NCBI GenBank assembly: GCA_964291295.2
Contig: OZ219754.1
Location: forward strand, 928,001-992,000
DNA length: 64,000 nucleotides
Source: an uncultured Candidatus Binatia bacterium
GTDB taxonomy: Bacteria > Desulfobacterota > Binatia > UBA9968 > JAJDTQ01
Direction: 5' to 3'
Shown here: one piece after another, positions 1 through 8,627 of the stretch
Numbering within the stretch: position 1 is the stretch's first letter
Layout of the letters: each line of letters begins with the position of its first letter
Notes under the pieces: model-generated
The model's input: the letters and a program-made list of their open reading frames with translations, nothing else
Told to the model about the DNA's origin: nothing
Database searches by the model: none
Translations under genes and position numbers: made by a program

Positions 1-1512
1 GAAGAGCGGGAGCTGGGGCCGGCGGACGTGGATGAAGGAGCCTTCGACCTGCTGCCGGCACCGCTGCTGCGGAAGCGCGGCGTGCTCCCCTTCGACGCCG
101 CCGGCCCGATGGTGAGCGTGGCGGTGAGCGACCCCACGGACCGGACCGCGCTGGACGAGATCCGGTTCATGACCGGCCGCGACGTGAAGACCGCGCTGGT
201 GCGCCCATCGGCCATACGGCACATCCTGGAACAGGGCCCCGGCGGCCACGCGGCGGAGTCGGGCCCGGACCACCGGGCCGCCGCACCGCCCCCGGCGCGG
301 GCGGAACCGGCGGGAGACACATCGGTGGTGGCGCTGGTGGACTCGCTGATGCGGGATGCGGTGGCGCGCCGCGCCAGCGACATCCACGTCGAGCCCTACG
401 AAGAGAGCGTCCGGGTCCGCTTCCGCATCGACGGCATCCTGCAGGAGGTCATGACGCCGCCGCACGCCATGAAGCTGGCCCTGACCTCCCGCATCAAGGT
501 GATGGCCGGGCTCGACATCGCGGAGCATCGGCTGCCTCAGGACGGCCGCCTCAAGCTGGCGGCCGCCGGCGGCGACGTGGACGTGCGGGTCTCCGTACTG
601 CCGACGCGTTTCGGAGAGAAGGTGGTGCTGCGGCTGCTGCACCGGTCCGACCTGGTGACCAGCCTCGACCGGCTGGGCCTGGAAGCCCGGGACCGGCAAC
701 GCTTCGACGAGGCCATGAGCAAGCCGGCGGGCATGATCCTGCTCACGGGTCCCACCGGCAGCGGCAAGTCCACCACCCTGTACGGCATGCTGTCGGAGTT
801 GAACCGGCCGGGGGTGAACATCTCGACCGCGGAGGATCCGGTGGAATACCATCTCGCCGGTGTCAACCAGGTCCAGACCCACGGCGAGATCGGCCTCACG
901 TTCGCCGCCTGTCTGCGGGCGTTCCTGCGCCAGGATCCCGACATTCTCATGGTGGGCGAGGTCCGCGACGCCGAGACCGCCCGCATCGCCATCAACGCCG
1001 CGCTGACCGGGCATCTGGTTCTGACCACGCTCCATACCAACGACGCTCCGTCCACGGTCCACCGCCTGCTCGACATGGGCGTGGAGCCCTATCTCATCGC
1101 TTCGGCCATCGTCATGGTGGCGGCCCAGCGGCTGCTGCGCCGGGTGTGCGACGCCTGCAAGGAGCGCTCCGCATGGCACTCCGGAATGCGCCAGAGGGTG
1201 GAGGAGGTGCGCGACATCGAGGACTGGCGCGGTGCCGGGTGCCTCGAATGCCACCACACGGGCTACAGTGGCCGGGTGGCCATCTACGAGGTCATGCCGC
1301 TGACCGACGATCTCCGCAGGGCGATCCTGCGCGGCGACTCCGTCACCGAGATCAAGGCCGCGGCCGTCGAGAAGGGCATGCGCACCCTGCGCCAGGCCGC
1401 GGTCCGGAAAGTCCGGCAGGGGGTCACCACCATCGAGGAGGCGCTGCGGGTGACGGAGCCGGACCCCGAGGAGGCGCGGGCGGCGCTCCTGTCGGACCTG
1501 CGCGCCGGGTGA
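1..1512 (+). CDS. pilB: Type IV pilus assembly ATPase PilB/GspE family (5' end outside window)
   Basis: Frame open from base 1; ASDIHVEP, RLPQDGR, Walker A GPTGSGKST, AEDPVE, LRQDPDILMVGEVRD, TGHLVLTTLHTND, CxxC...CxxC zinc motif. Confidence 0.93.
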   Translation, partial: EERELGPADVDEGAFDLLPAPLLRKRGVLPFDAAGPMVSVAVSDPTDRTALDEIRFMTGRDVKTALVRPSAIRHILEQGPGGHAAESGPDHRAAAPPPARAEPAGDTSVVALVDSLMRDAVARRASDIHVEPYEESVRVRFRIDGILQEVMTPPHAMKLALTSRIKVMAGLDIAEHRLPQDGRLKLAAAGGDVDVRVSVLPTRFGEKVVLRLLHRSDLVTSLDRLGLEARDRQRFDEAMSKPAGMILLTGPTGSGKSTTLYGMLSELNRPGVNISTAEDPVEYHLAGVNQVQTHGEIGLTFAACLRAFLRQDPDILMVGEVRDAETARIAINAALTGHLVLTTLHTNDAPSTVHRLLDMGVEPYLIASAIVMVAAQRLLRRVCDACKERSAWHSGMRQRVEEVRDIEDWRGAGCLECHHTGYSGRVAIYEVMPLTDDLRRAILRGDSVTEIKAAAVEKGMRTLRQAAVRKVRQGVTTIEEALRVTEPDPEEARAALLSDLRAG

Positions 1513-1516
1513 TTGC

Positions 1517-2737
1517 GTGGCGCTCTACCGGTGGCGGGGCCGAAACCGCCAGGGCAGGCTCCTGACAGGTGAACTGGAGGCGGTGGACCGCGCCGCGGTG
1601 ACGGCCGAGTTGCGCCGGCGCGGGATCCTGCCGCTGGCCTCCGGCATATGGGAAAAGGGCGAGGGGCTGCGGCGGGAGATCGTCCTGCCGGGACTCGCGC
1701 CCAGGGTGCGCGCCGACGACATCGTCGTGCTGACGCGGAACTTCGGCGTCATGATCGAAGCCGGCGTGCCCGTGGTGGACTGTCTGCGGGTGCTGGCCGA
1801 ACAGACCGGGAACGGGGTGGTGAAAGAGGCGCTGGGGGCGGTGCGGCGGGATGTTTCCAACGGCATGACCTTGACCGACGCCATGTCGCGGCACCCCAGG
1901 CTGTTCGACACCGTGTTCGTGCGCATGGTGGCCGCCGGCGAGCACGGCGGCGTCCTGCCGGAGATCCTCGCCCGTCTGGCGCTTTTCATCGAGCGGTCCA
2001 CGCGGCTCAAGCGCAAGGTCAGGACCGCCATGCTCTACCCCGCCACCGTCACCGCGGTGGCCGTGGTGGTGGTGGCGGTTCTTCTCTTCTACGTGATTCC
2101 GGTCTTCGCGGACGTCTACCGGAGCATGGGGCAGGTTCTTCCCCCCTTGACGGAACTCACCATCGCCCTGAGCCGCTGGTCCTACGAACATGCCCTGTCC
2201 ATCCTTGTCGGCCTGCTGGCCGTTCCCGCGGCGATTCACGCGGCCGGCCGCACGGAGAGGGGCCGCCGGGGGCTCCACCGGTGGCTCCTGAGGCTGCCGC
2301 TCCTCGGCGACCTGCTGTGCAAGTCGGCCATCGCCCGTTTCAGCCATAACACCGGCCTGCTGCTCCAGTCCGGCGTGGTGCTGCTGGACAGCCTGACCGT
2401 CACGGCCGGGACCACCGGCAACAAGGTCCTGGAGCAGGCCATCCTGGAGGCCCGGGACGGTTTGGAGAAGGGCCGGACGCTGTCGGAGCTGCTGGCGGCC
2501 ACCGGCCTGTTCCCGGCGCTGGTCTGTCACATGGTCGCGGTGGGAGAAAGCGTCGGCACGCTCGACGCGATGCTCAACCGGGTGGCGGCCTATTACGAGG
2601 AAGAGGTGGACCGGGCGGTGGTGCGGCTGACCGCGCTGATGGAGCCGGCGTTGATGATCGTTCTGGGAGTGGTGCTTGGCGGCATCGTCATCTCCATGTA
2701 CCTGCCGATCTTCCAGATCGGCGGCATGGTGCCATGA
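1517..2737 (+). CDS. pilC: Type IV pilus inner-membrane platform protein PilC/GspF
   Basis: Two T2SSF-like repeats (MVAAGEHGG..., MVAVGESVGTLDAML), AMLYP, EPALMIVLG...MYLPIF; follows pilB. Confidence 0.92.
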   Translation: MALYRWRGRNRQGRLLTGELEAVDRAAVTAELRRRGILPLASGIWEKGEGLRREIVLPGLAPRVRADDIVVLTRNFGVMIEAGVPVVDCLRVLAEQTGNGVVKEALGAVRRDVSNGMTLTDAMSRHPRLFDTVFVRMVAAGEHGGVLPEILARLALFIERSTRLKRKVRTAMLYPATVTAVAVVVVAVLLFYVIPVFADVYRSMGQVLPPLTELTIALSRWSYEHALSILVGLLAVPAAIHAAGRTERGRRGLHRWLLRLPLLGDLLCKSAIARFSHNTGLLLQSGVVLLDSLTVTAGTTGNKVLEQAILEARDGLEKGRTLSELLAATGLFPALVCHMVAVGESVGTLDAMLNRVAAYYEEEVDRAVVRLTALMEPALMIVLGVVLGGIVISMYLPIFQIGGMVP

Positions 2738-3315
2738 GGGTTGTTCGTATGGATGCGGATGGTTGCGCAGAGAATGTCGGGGCAGGCCCCGCCGGAGCGT
2801 GCCGGGCGAAAACGCGGCGGCACGATGCCAAGCACGATGCCGGACACGACGCCGGGCACGATGCCAGGAACGATACCGGGCACGGCATCAGGAACGAGAC
2901 CGGGAACGAGACGCGGCGGCACGAAGGCCGGAGTCCCGCCAGGGGCGCCGGGTTTACCCTGATCGAACTGCTGGTGGTGGTCACCGTCATCGGGATTCTC
3001 GCTGCGGTGGCGATTCCGCAGTTCGGCGGCTACCGGCGCCGGGGCTTCGACGCCGACGCCCAGGCCAATGTCAGGAACATGGCCCTGGCTCAGGAGGTCT
3101 ACCATATGGAAAACAACACCTATACGTCCAATGTCGCGGATCTGGCCACCTTCGGCTACACGCGGAGCGCCAACATCACCGCGGCTGTCACCAGCGCCGA
3201 TGATTCGACGTTCACGGCCACCGCCACGGTAACCGAAGGCTGCGCCGACAACACCGGAGTCGCCACCTACGATCGGGCCACGGGCCGGGTCACGCTGGTG
3301 AAATGCACGCCGTGA
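2734..3315 (+). CDS. Type IV pilin with an unusually long, repeat-expanded leader peptide
   Basis: Class III cleavage site G|FTLIELLVVV with Glu5, hydrophobic helix ending AIPQF, C-terminal Cys pair; ATGA overlap with the pilC stop. Confidence 0.88.
   Translation: MRVVRMDADGCAENVGAGPAGACRAKTRRHDAKHDAGHDAGHDARNDTGHGIRNETGNETRRHEGRSPARGAGFTLIELLVVVTVIGILAAVAIPQFGGYRRRGFDADAQANVRNMALAQEVYHMENNTYTSNVADLATFGYTRSANITAAVTSADDSTFTATATVTEGCADNTGVATYDRATGRVTLVKCTP
2812..2924 (+). repeat. In-frame degenerate 12-bp tandem repeat (CACGATGCCGGG-like) in the pilin leader
   Basis: About 8 units bracketed by identical ACGCGGCGGCACGA at 2812 and 2911 (99 bp apart). Confidence 0.85.
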
Positions 3316-3339
3316 CCGTGGGACCGTCGGCTCGAAAAC

Positions 3340-3437
3340 ATGGAACGAAGGCGATGGAACGAAGGCGATGGAACGAAGGCGATGGAACGAAGGCGATGGA
3401 ACGAAGGCGATGGAACAAAGTCGATGGGACGAAGGCG
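3340..3437. repeat. 14-bp tandem repeat ATGGAACGAAGGCG (5 perfect + 2 degenerate copies)
   Basis: Units start at 3340, 3354, 3368, 3382, 3396, 3410, 3424; no spacers. Confidence 0.95.
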
Positions 3438-3491
3438 CCGGGACCAACGCGAATGGGACGAACGCACGCACGGTGGACCTGCCGCCGGCGC

Positions 3492-3734
3492 CTACTGCGG
3501 GTCGGGCCGCGATTCGGCTGCCGGGGCCGGGGTGGGGAGGGGCTCCTTGTCTTCCTTGATGAAGTCGAAGAGCAGGCGCGGGACGGCGTTGCAGCTTGTG
3601 CAGCGGGGCGTTTTCGGCTGCGTGCCGTCCGGGTAGATCATGTTCTTGAGATAGAACGGCTTCTCGGTGCCCACGTAACCGTCGTAATAGAACGCGATCT
3701 TGCCGCACTCGCTGCATTGGAGGTACTTTGCCAT
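3492..3734 (-). CDS. Small putative zinc-ribbon protein (80 aa)
   Basis: CSEC...CTSC pairs, GC3-biased codons, same strand as the dioxygenase upstream. Confidence 0.7.
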   Translation of the reverse strand: MAKYLQCSECGKIAFYYDGYVGTEKPFYLKNMIYPDGTQPKTPRCTSCNAVPRLLFDFIKEDKEPLPTPAPAAESRPDPQ

Positions 3735-3812
3735 TTCGGGTCTTTCCGCGTTTACGGGGTTCTGTTCCGAGGCTCCTGTTCCGAGGCCCTTGCGCCGAAG
3801 TCACCCGTCGCC

Positions 3813-4889
3813 CTATGCCTCGAAGGTTGCCGTGACCTCCTGGTGGCCATCACCCTCTGTATAGCGCTCCTCCCGGTAGAGGCCAAGAGCCTTCATCACC
3901 GGGGTGTCGTGTATGGCGAACAGGATGGATTCGCCGCCGGTTTCATTGGCGTGCTCGTGCCACGCCCACGGAGGCACCACGAAGAAGTCTCCCGGCTCCC
4001 AGTCGAACCGCTGGCCGTTGATGACCGACCAACCCTTGCCGGCAAAGGCCAGATAGACCGAGCTCTGCACCTGCCGGTGGGCTTGCGTGCGGACGCCGGG
4101 CCGCACCATCTGGATGGTGCAACTCATGGTGGGCAGCACCGGCCCCCCGGTGCTCGGATTCAGGTACTCGAAGCAGACATCGTCATGGGGGCTTGCCGGT
4201 CCCTCGCCGGCGCGTTGAAGCGCCTCGCGGGTCGGTTCCCATTTGAAGTTCAACAGCGGGGAGCGCGGCTCCGGCGGTTTCTCCCAAGTGGGGCGGAGGT
4301 GCGCGCCGCCGAACGTCCGCTCCGACTCGTTGACGGCGGTGACGGGAAAGCGGTGGTCGGGGTACATCTCGAAAAAGGTCGCGTCCAGGTCCCCCACCAG
4401 CGGCACATCGAGTCCATCCATCCAGATCATGGGTTCGTCGGACTCGCAGCCGTGGTCGTGCCAGTCCCAGTTCGGTGTCAGCACGAGGTCGCCCCGGCTC
4501 ATCACGCACTTGTCGCCGTTCAGGTTGGTGTAGGTGCGGTCCCCTTCGATGATGAAGCGGATGGCCGAGGGGGAGTGGCGGTGACACGGCGCGACCTCTC
4601 CCGGCTTGACGATCTGAACCGCGGCCCACAGAGTTCGCGTGGCCGCGTACTTCCCGCCCAGGCCCGGGTTCACCAGCCCCAGGACGCGGCGCTCGCCGCC
4701 CCGCTCGATGGGCACGAGGTCCCCGGCTTCGCGCGCCAGCCGGCGGAGGTCCGCCCAGCGCCACAGATGCGCCTTCACCGGCGACCGCGGTTCCGCAGGC
4801 AGCAGGCTTTGCGTGATGTTCCACAGCGGCACCAAGTGCCTGCGCTCGACTTCCCGGTAAAATGCCTCGGCCGCCGTGTTCGTGCTCAT
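3813..4889 (-). CDS. Gentisate 1,2-dioxygenase-family bicupin
   Basis: LVPLW, ERRVLGLVNPG, HRHSPSAIRF, TPNWDWHDHG, WMDGLDVP, VPPWAWHEH; start moved to MSTNTAA at 4889. Confidence 0.88.
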   Translation of the reverse strand: MSTNTAAEAFYREVERRHLVPLWNITQSLLPAEPRSPVKAHLWRWADLRRLAREAGDLVPIERGGERRVLGLVNPGLGGKYAATRTLWAAVQIVKPGEVAPCHRHSPSAIRFIIEGDRTYTNLNGDKCVMSRGDLVLTPNWDWHDHGCESDEPMIWMDGLDVPLVGDLDATFFEMYPDHRFPVTAVNESERTFGGAHLRPTWEKPPEPRSPLLNFKWEPTREALQRAGEGPASPHDDVCFEYLNPSTGGPVLPTMSCTIQMVRPGVRTQAHRQVQSSVYLAFAGKGWSVINGQRFDWEPGDFFVVPPWAWHEHANETGGESILFAIHDTPVMKALGLYREERYTEGDGHQEVTATFEA

Positions 4890-5229
4890 GGGCACCACAC
4901 TATCACAGAGGGGGCGGGAGTGGCATTCCCGCAGGCCACGCCCGGGGAGTGCATCTCCGGGTCCCGCCCGCTTGCCGGTGACGGCGCATCCATGAGTTCG
5001 CGTCCCGGCGAGAGCCGGTTTGATGTGGTTCGACAGGATCGATCCGAATCGGTAGAATGGTGTGCATGTTGATGGGTCAACGGGGTGGCGGCGCGCGCCA
5101 GCCGGCGATGCGGACGGCGCATACGAATCTTTCGCGAAGTGAGGGCCATCTGTTTGAAGGCCGGCTGTTCTGTCAGCGATCGAACCGCGTGCTCGACGGC
5201 ACCGGTCCCGGCGGGTTTGTCGAGGAGCC

Positions 5230-7338
5230 GTGCAGGAACGGGAGCGGGTGGCCGAGTCCGGCGCCGGTCCTTTGTTTTCGGATGCCGCCGCCGTTCCATT
5301 GCGCGGGACCGGACTCGGAACGGGGGGGCGCGTGGCCGGCGGACTGACGATAGCGGAAGAGGTTCTTCTGCTCATCCTGGACAGCGAAAAGGGCGACATC
5401 CAGTCGTCGCTTCCGGCGCACTCCCGCGACCTCGTGATGGCCGGGGCGGCGCTCATGGATCTGACGCTGGAGAACCGTCTCGATACCGACCTCGAGCGTC
5501 TGGTGGTGGTGGACCCCACGCCCGTGGGCGATGACCTGCTCGACCCGATCCTGTCCGACATCACGGCAGGGACCGAGGTTCGCGACACCGCCTACTGGCT
5601 TGAGCGGATCGCCGGGCGCGGCGACGAGATCCGCCGCAAGACCATCGACCGGCTGGTGGGGCGCGGAATTCTGGAAGCCGAGAGCAACGGTCTGGTCTTT
5701 CTTTCGCGCCTGGTCGCGCGCGCGCGCCGCTATCCGGTGGCGGGCGAGAAGACCATCGAGGAAGTCCAGTTCCGGATCATGCGAACGATATTCAGCGAGG
5801 ACATTCCCGATCCCCGCGATATCGTCATCATCAGCCTGGCCTCGGCCTGCGGGGTTTTCGAGAGCCTTCTTTCCCGGGAAGAACTGGCCGATGTGCGCGG
5901 CCGCATCGACCAGATCGCGAAGCTCGATCTGATCGGCCGGGAGGTGGCGGCGGCCGTCGGGCGGATCAAGCCACAGGCACCGGTGGAGACCGCGGCCCGT
6001 CCTCACGAAGAGATTCCACAGGCGTCGGGACTGCCGCTGGTGGGCAACACTTTCGACTTGTCGGGCGACATCGGGGCATTTCTCGCCAGTGGATACCGCA
6101 AGTACGGCCCGATTTTCCGCGTCCGGGCTTTCAACCGGCGCTTTATCGTATTCGTCGGCCCCGAGGCCGTCGCGTTCATGACCAGGATCGGGAACACGCA
6201 CCTTCGCTCCTTCGAGATCTGGCGCGACTTCGTTTTTTCCATGGGCTCCGCTCACTCGGTGTTGAGCATGGACGGGCGCGAGCATCTTCAGATGCGCAAG
6301 TTTCTGGCCAAAGGGTACGCACCCAAAATCATCGAGACCAGGATGGATGAATGCGTCGACGTCACCCGTCGCCTTGTCTCCGAGTGGCCCCTTGACCGGC
6401 CGCTCGCGGCCCAGAAGGCGATGCAGACAATCGTCGGCGAGGTGATGTGTCAACTGCTGACGAGCGTTTCTCCGCGAGAACATCTGGACGATCTGATCTT
6501 CTACCTGGAAACGAATCTGAAGGTTCACCTTCTGCACAGCCGGCCACGGCTGATGATGTGTTCGCCCCGCTACCGGCGCGCCCGGCGGAGCGTGATGGAT
6601 CTGTATGCCAAGACCCTCGACGCGCACCGGCCGGAGCAGCGCGCAGGGAAACCGCCGGATTTTGTCGACGAGATTCTGGCCATGAACCGGGAAGATCCAC
6701 AGTTCCTTCCCGAGACCGACTACCTGATGACCGTTCTCGGAACCTATATTGCCGGCCTTGACACCGTCGCGAGTGTCTGTTCGTACATGCTCCACGCCCT
6801 GTTGACGTACCCGGATCTGCTGGAAAAAATGAGGGCCGAAGTCGACGCCCTGTTCGACCGGGGAATGCCCGGCGAGGAGAACCTGCGCGCCCTCGACGTC
6901 ACGCACCGCATCGTACTCGAGACGCTGCGCCTGTATCCTGTCATCCCGGCGGTCACGCGCACCGTGTCCAATTCGTTCGAGTTCGGCGGCTATCGGGTTC
7001 CGGCCGGAGCGCAGGTCATCGTCGGCAGTTCCGTCGGGCACCGCTTGCCGGAGTGTTTTTCGGATCCGGAACGTTTCGACATCGAACGTTACCGGCGGGA
7101 CCCCCCGGAACACCGGAAACCGGGCGTGTACGCTCCCTTCGGCCTGGGCAGGCACCGTTGCCTGGGCAGCGGTTTTGCCGAGGTGCAGCTCATGCTCACC
7201 ATGGCAACCATCATCCACGAGGTTGAAATCGCGCCCGAGCAACCCGACCACCGCCTCAAGATCCAATACAGTCCGATCCCCCATCCCGATGCTTCGTTCC
7301 GATTTCGGGTGACAAACAAGCGGAGGCATGTCGCATGA
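5230..7338 (+). CDS. Cytochrome P450 with an N-terminal GPP34 (GOLPH3/Vps74-like) domain
   Basis: N-term LTIAEEVLLL...AGAALMDLTLENR...GDDLLD...LVGRGIL...RYP (GPP34-like); C-term AGLDT, ETLR, DPERF and heme motif FGLGRHRCLG; start codon uncertain. Confidence 0.88.
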   Translation: MQERERVAESGAGPLFSDAAAVPLRGTGLGTGGRVAGGLTIAEEVLLLILDSEKGDIQSSLPAHSRDLVMAGAALMDLTLENRLDTDLERLVVVDPTPVGDDLLDPILSDITAGTEVRDTAYWLERIAGRGDEIRRKTIDRLVGRGILEAESNGLVFLSRLVARARRYPVAGEKTIEEVQFRIMRTIFSEDIPDPRDIVIISLASACGVFESLLSREELADVRGRIDQIAKLDLIGREVAAAVGRIKPQAPVETAARPHEEIPQASGLPLVGNTFDLSGDIGAFLASGYRKYGPIFRVRAFNRRFIVFVGPEAVAFMTRIGNTHLRSFEIWRDFVFSMGSAHSVLSMDGREHLQMRKFLAKGYAPKIIETRMDECVDVTRRLVSEWPLDRPLAAQKAMQTIVGEVMCQLLTSVSPREHLDDLIFYLETNLKVHLLHSRPRLMMCSPRYRRARRSVMDLYAKTLDAHRPEQRAGKPPDFVDEILAMNREDPQFLPETDYLMTVLGTYIAGLDTVASVCSYMLHALLTYPDLLEKMRAEVDALFDRGMPGEENLRALDVTHRIVLETLRLYPVIPAVTRTVSNSFEFGGYRVPAGAQVIVGSSVGHRLPECFSDPERFDIERYRRDPPEHRKPGVYAPFGLGRHRCLGSGFAEVQLMLTMATIIHEVEIAPEQPDHRLKIQYSPIPHPDASFRFRVTNKRRHVA

Positions 7339-8627
7339 CGGACCGTTCGCTGCTCCGCAACCACCCGGAAGAAATATCCGCTGAATGGATGCAGGCGGCG
7401 CTGACGGCCGGCGGAAAATTCGCCTCGCCGCGGATCGAGGCCGTCGAGGTCGATCCAATGGAAGCGGTGACCAATGCGTTGGGAACCCTTGTGCGCTGCC
7501 GCCTGTCCGTCCGCGCCGACTCGTCTCCGGTGCCTGAAAGCGTCATCGTCAAGCTGCCGACGGCCAACCCGAAGTTCATGAAGCTCGCCAAGTGGCTGTT
7601 GCTGCACAAGAGGGAGTACGAATACTACTACCGTTTGGCGCCGCACTCGCCCATGCGGTCGCCGGCCCTCTACTACGGCGCGTACGACGCACGCAGCCAC
7701 CGCTTCGTGCTGATCATGGAAGATCTGCGCCCGATGGAGACGGTGCCGCAGGCAAGGGGTGTCGAGGGCGCGCAGGTGCACCTGGCGATCCGGGAACTCG
7801 CCGGCATGCACGGCCATTTCTGGGACGCCGTCGACCGACCCGACCTTTCCTACCTCTATGACAACTTCAATTCCCGATATGGGCGGATCATGCAGGCCGC
7901 CTACCTTGCCTTCGTTCTTCCCACCCTCGAACGCTTCGGCAACCTCTTCTCGCCCCGCATGCGCCGCTTTTCCGAAGCGCTGGGGCCGCGCATCACCACC
8001 CACTACACGAGCCTCGCGTCCGGTCCGAAAACACTGGTCCATGGCGACTACCGGGCGGAGAACATGTTTTTCGATGCCGCGGCAAAGGACAACTTCGCGG
8101 TGATCGACTGGCAGGGCTGCGGTGCGGGCGGCGGCCTCTACGACGTGGCCTATTTCCTGGCGTCCAGCGTTTCCGTGGACACCCGCCGGCGGATGGAACG
8201 CGAGGTGCTGGAGGAATACCACGACATCGTCTGCCGCATGGGGGGGAGGGGCCGGAACTACACGTTCGAGGATTGTTGGCGCAGCTACCGGCAGAACATG
8301 CTCAACGCCTTTGTACCATGCGTTCTGGGATGCGGCAGTCTGGACGTGATGTCCGACCCCCGGCGCGTCGAACTGGCGACCGCCCTGCTGAGCCGTGCGA
8401 TCGCGGCCATCGAGGATCTTGACGCCGACGAATTCCTGCCGACGCGCGAACGGATCCTGACCCCTGGCTACACCTTCTCGGCCCTGTCCCGCCTGGGCTA
8501 CGGCGCCTACCGCATGGCGCGGCGCCTGCGCCGGAAGAAGGCCTCGTCGAGCGACCGCTCCGCCACCGGTGATGCGGACCGCGGCCCCGCTGCTCCCAAA
8601 CCCCCTGACAGGACCGATGACGACTGA
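7335..8627 (+). CDS. APH/choline/ecdysteroid-kinase-like phosphotransferase
   Basis: VIVK, REYEYY, LIMEDL, Brenner motif HGDYRAENMFF, VIDWQ; ATGA overlap with the P450 stop. Confidence 0.85.
   Translation: MTDRSLLRNHPEEISAEWMQAALTAGGKFASPRIEAVEVDPMEAVTNALGTLVRCRLSVRADSSPVPESVIVKLPTANPKFMKLAKWLLLHKREYEYYYRLAPHSPMRSPALYYGAYDARSHRFVLIMEDLRPMETVPQARGVEGAQVHLAIRELAGMHGHFWDAVDRPDLSYLYDNFNSRYGRIMQAAYLAFVLPTLERFGNLFSPRMRRFSEALGPRITTHYTSLASGPKTLVHGDYRAENMFFDAAAKDNFAVIDWQGCGAGGGLYDVAYFLASSVSVDTRRRMEREVLEEYHDIVCRMGGRGRNYTFEDCWRSYRQNMLNAFVPCVLGCGSLDVMSDPRRVELATALLSRAIAAIEDLDADEFLPTRERILTPGYTFSALSRLGYGAYRMARRLRRKKASSSDRSATGDADRGPAAPKPPDRTDDD

Noticed and set aside
3340-3437. Possible CRISPR array
   Set aside because: Head-to-tail 14-mers with no spacers and no cas genes in the window.
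4890-5588. N-terminal extension of the cupin ORF, and likewise the purH ORF extension to 20133
   Set aside because: They overlap other real genes, and family similarity starts only at the downstream start codons.
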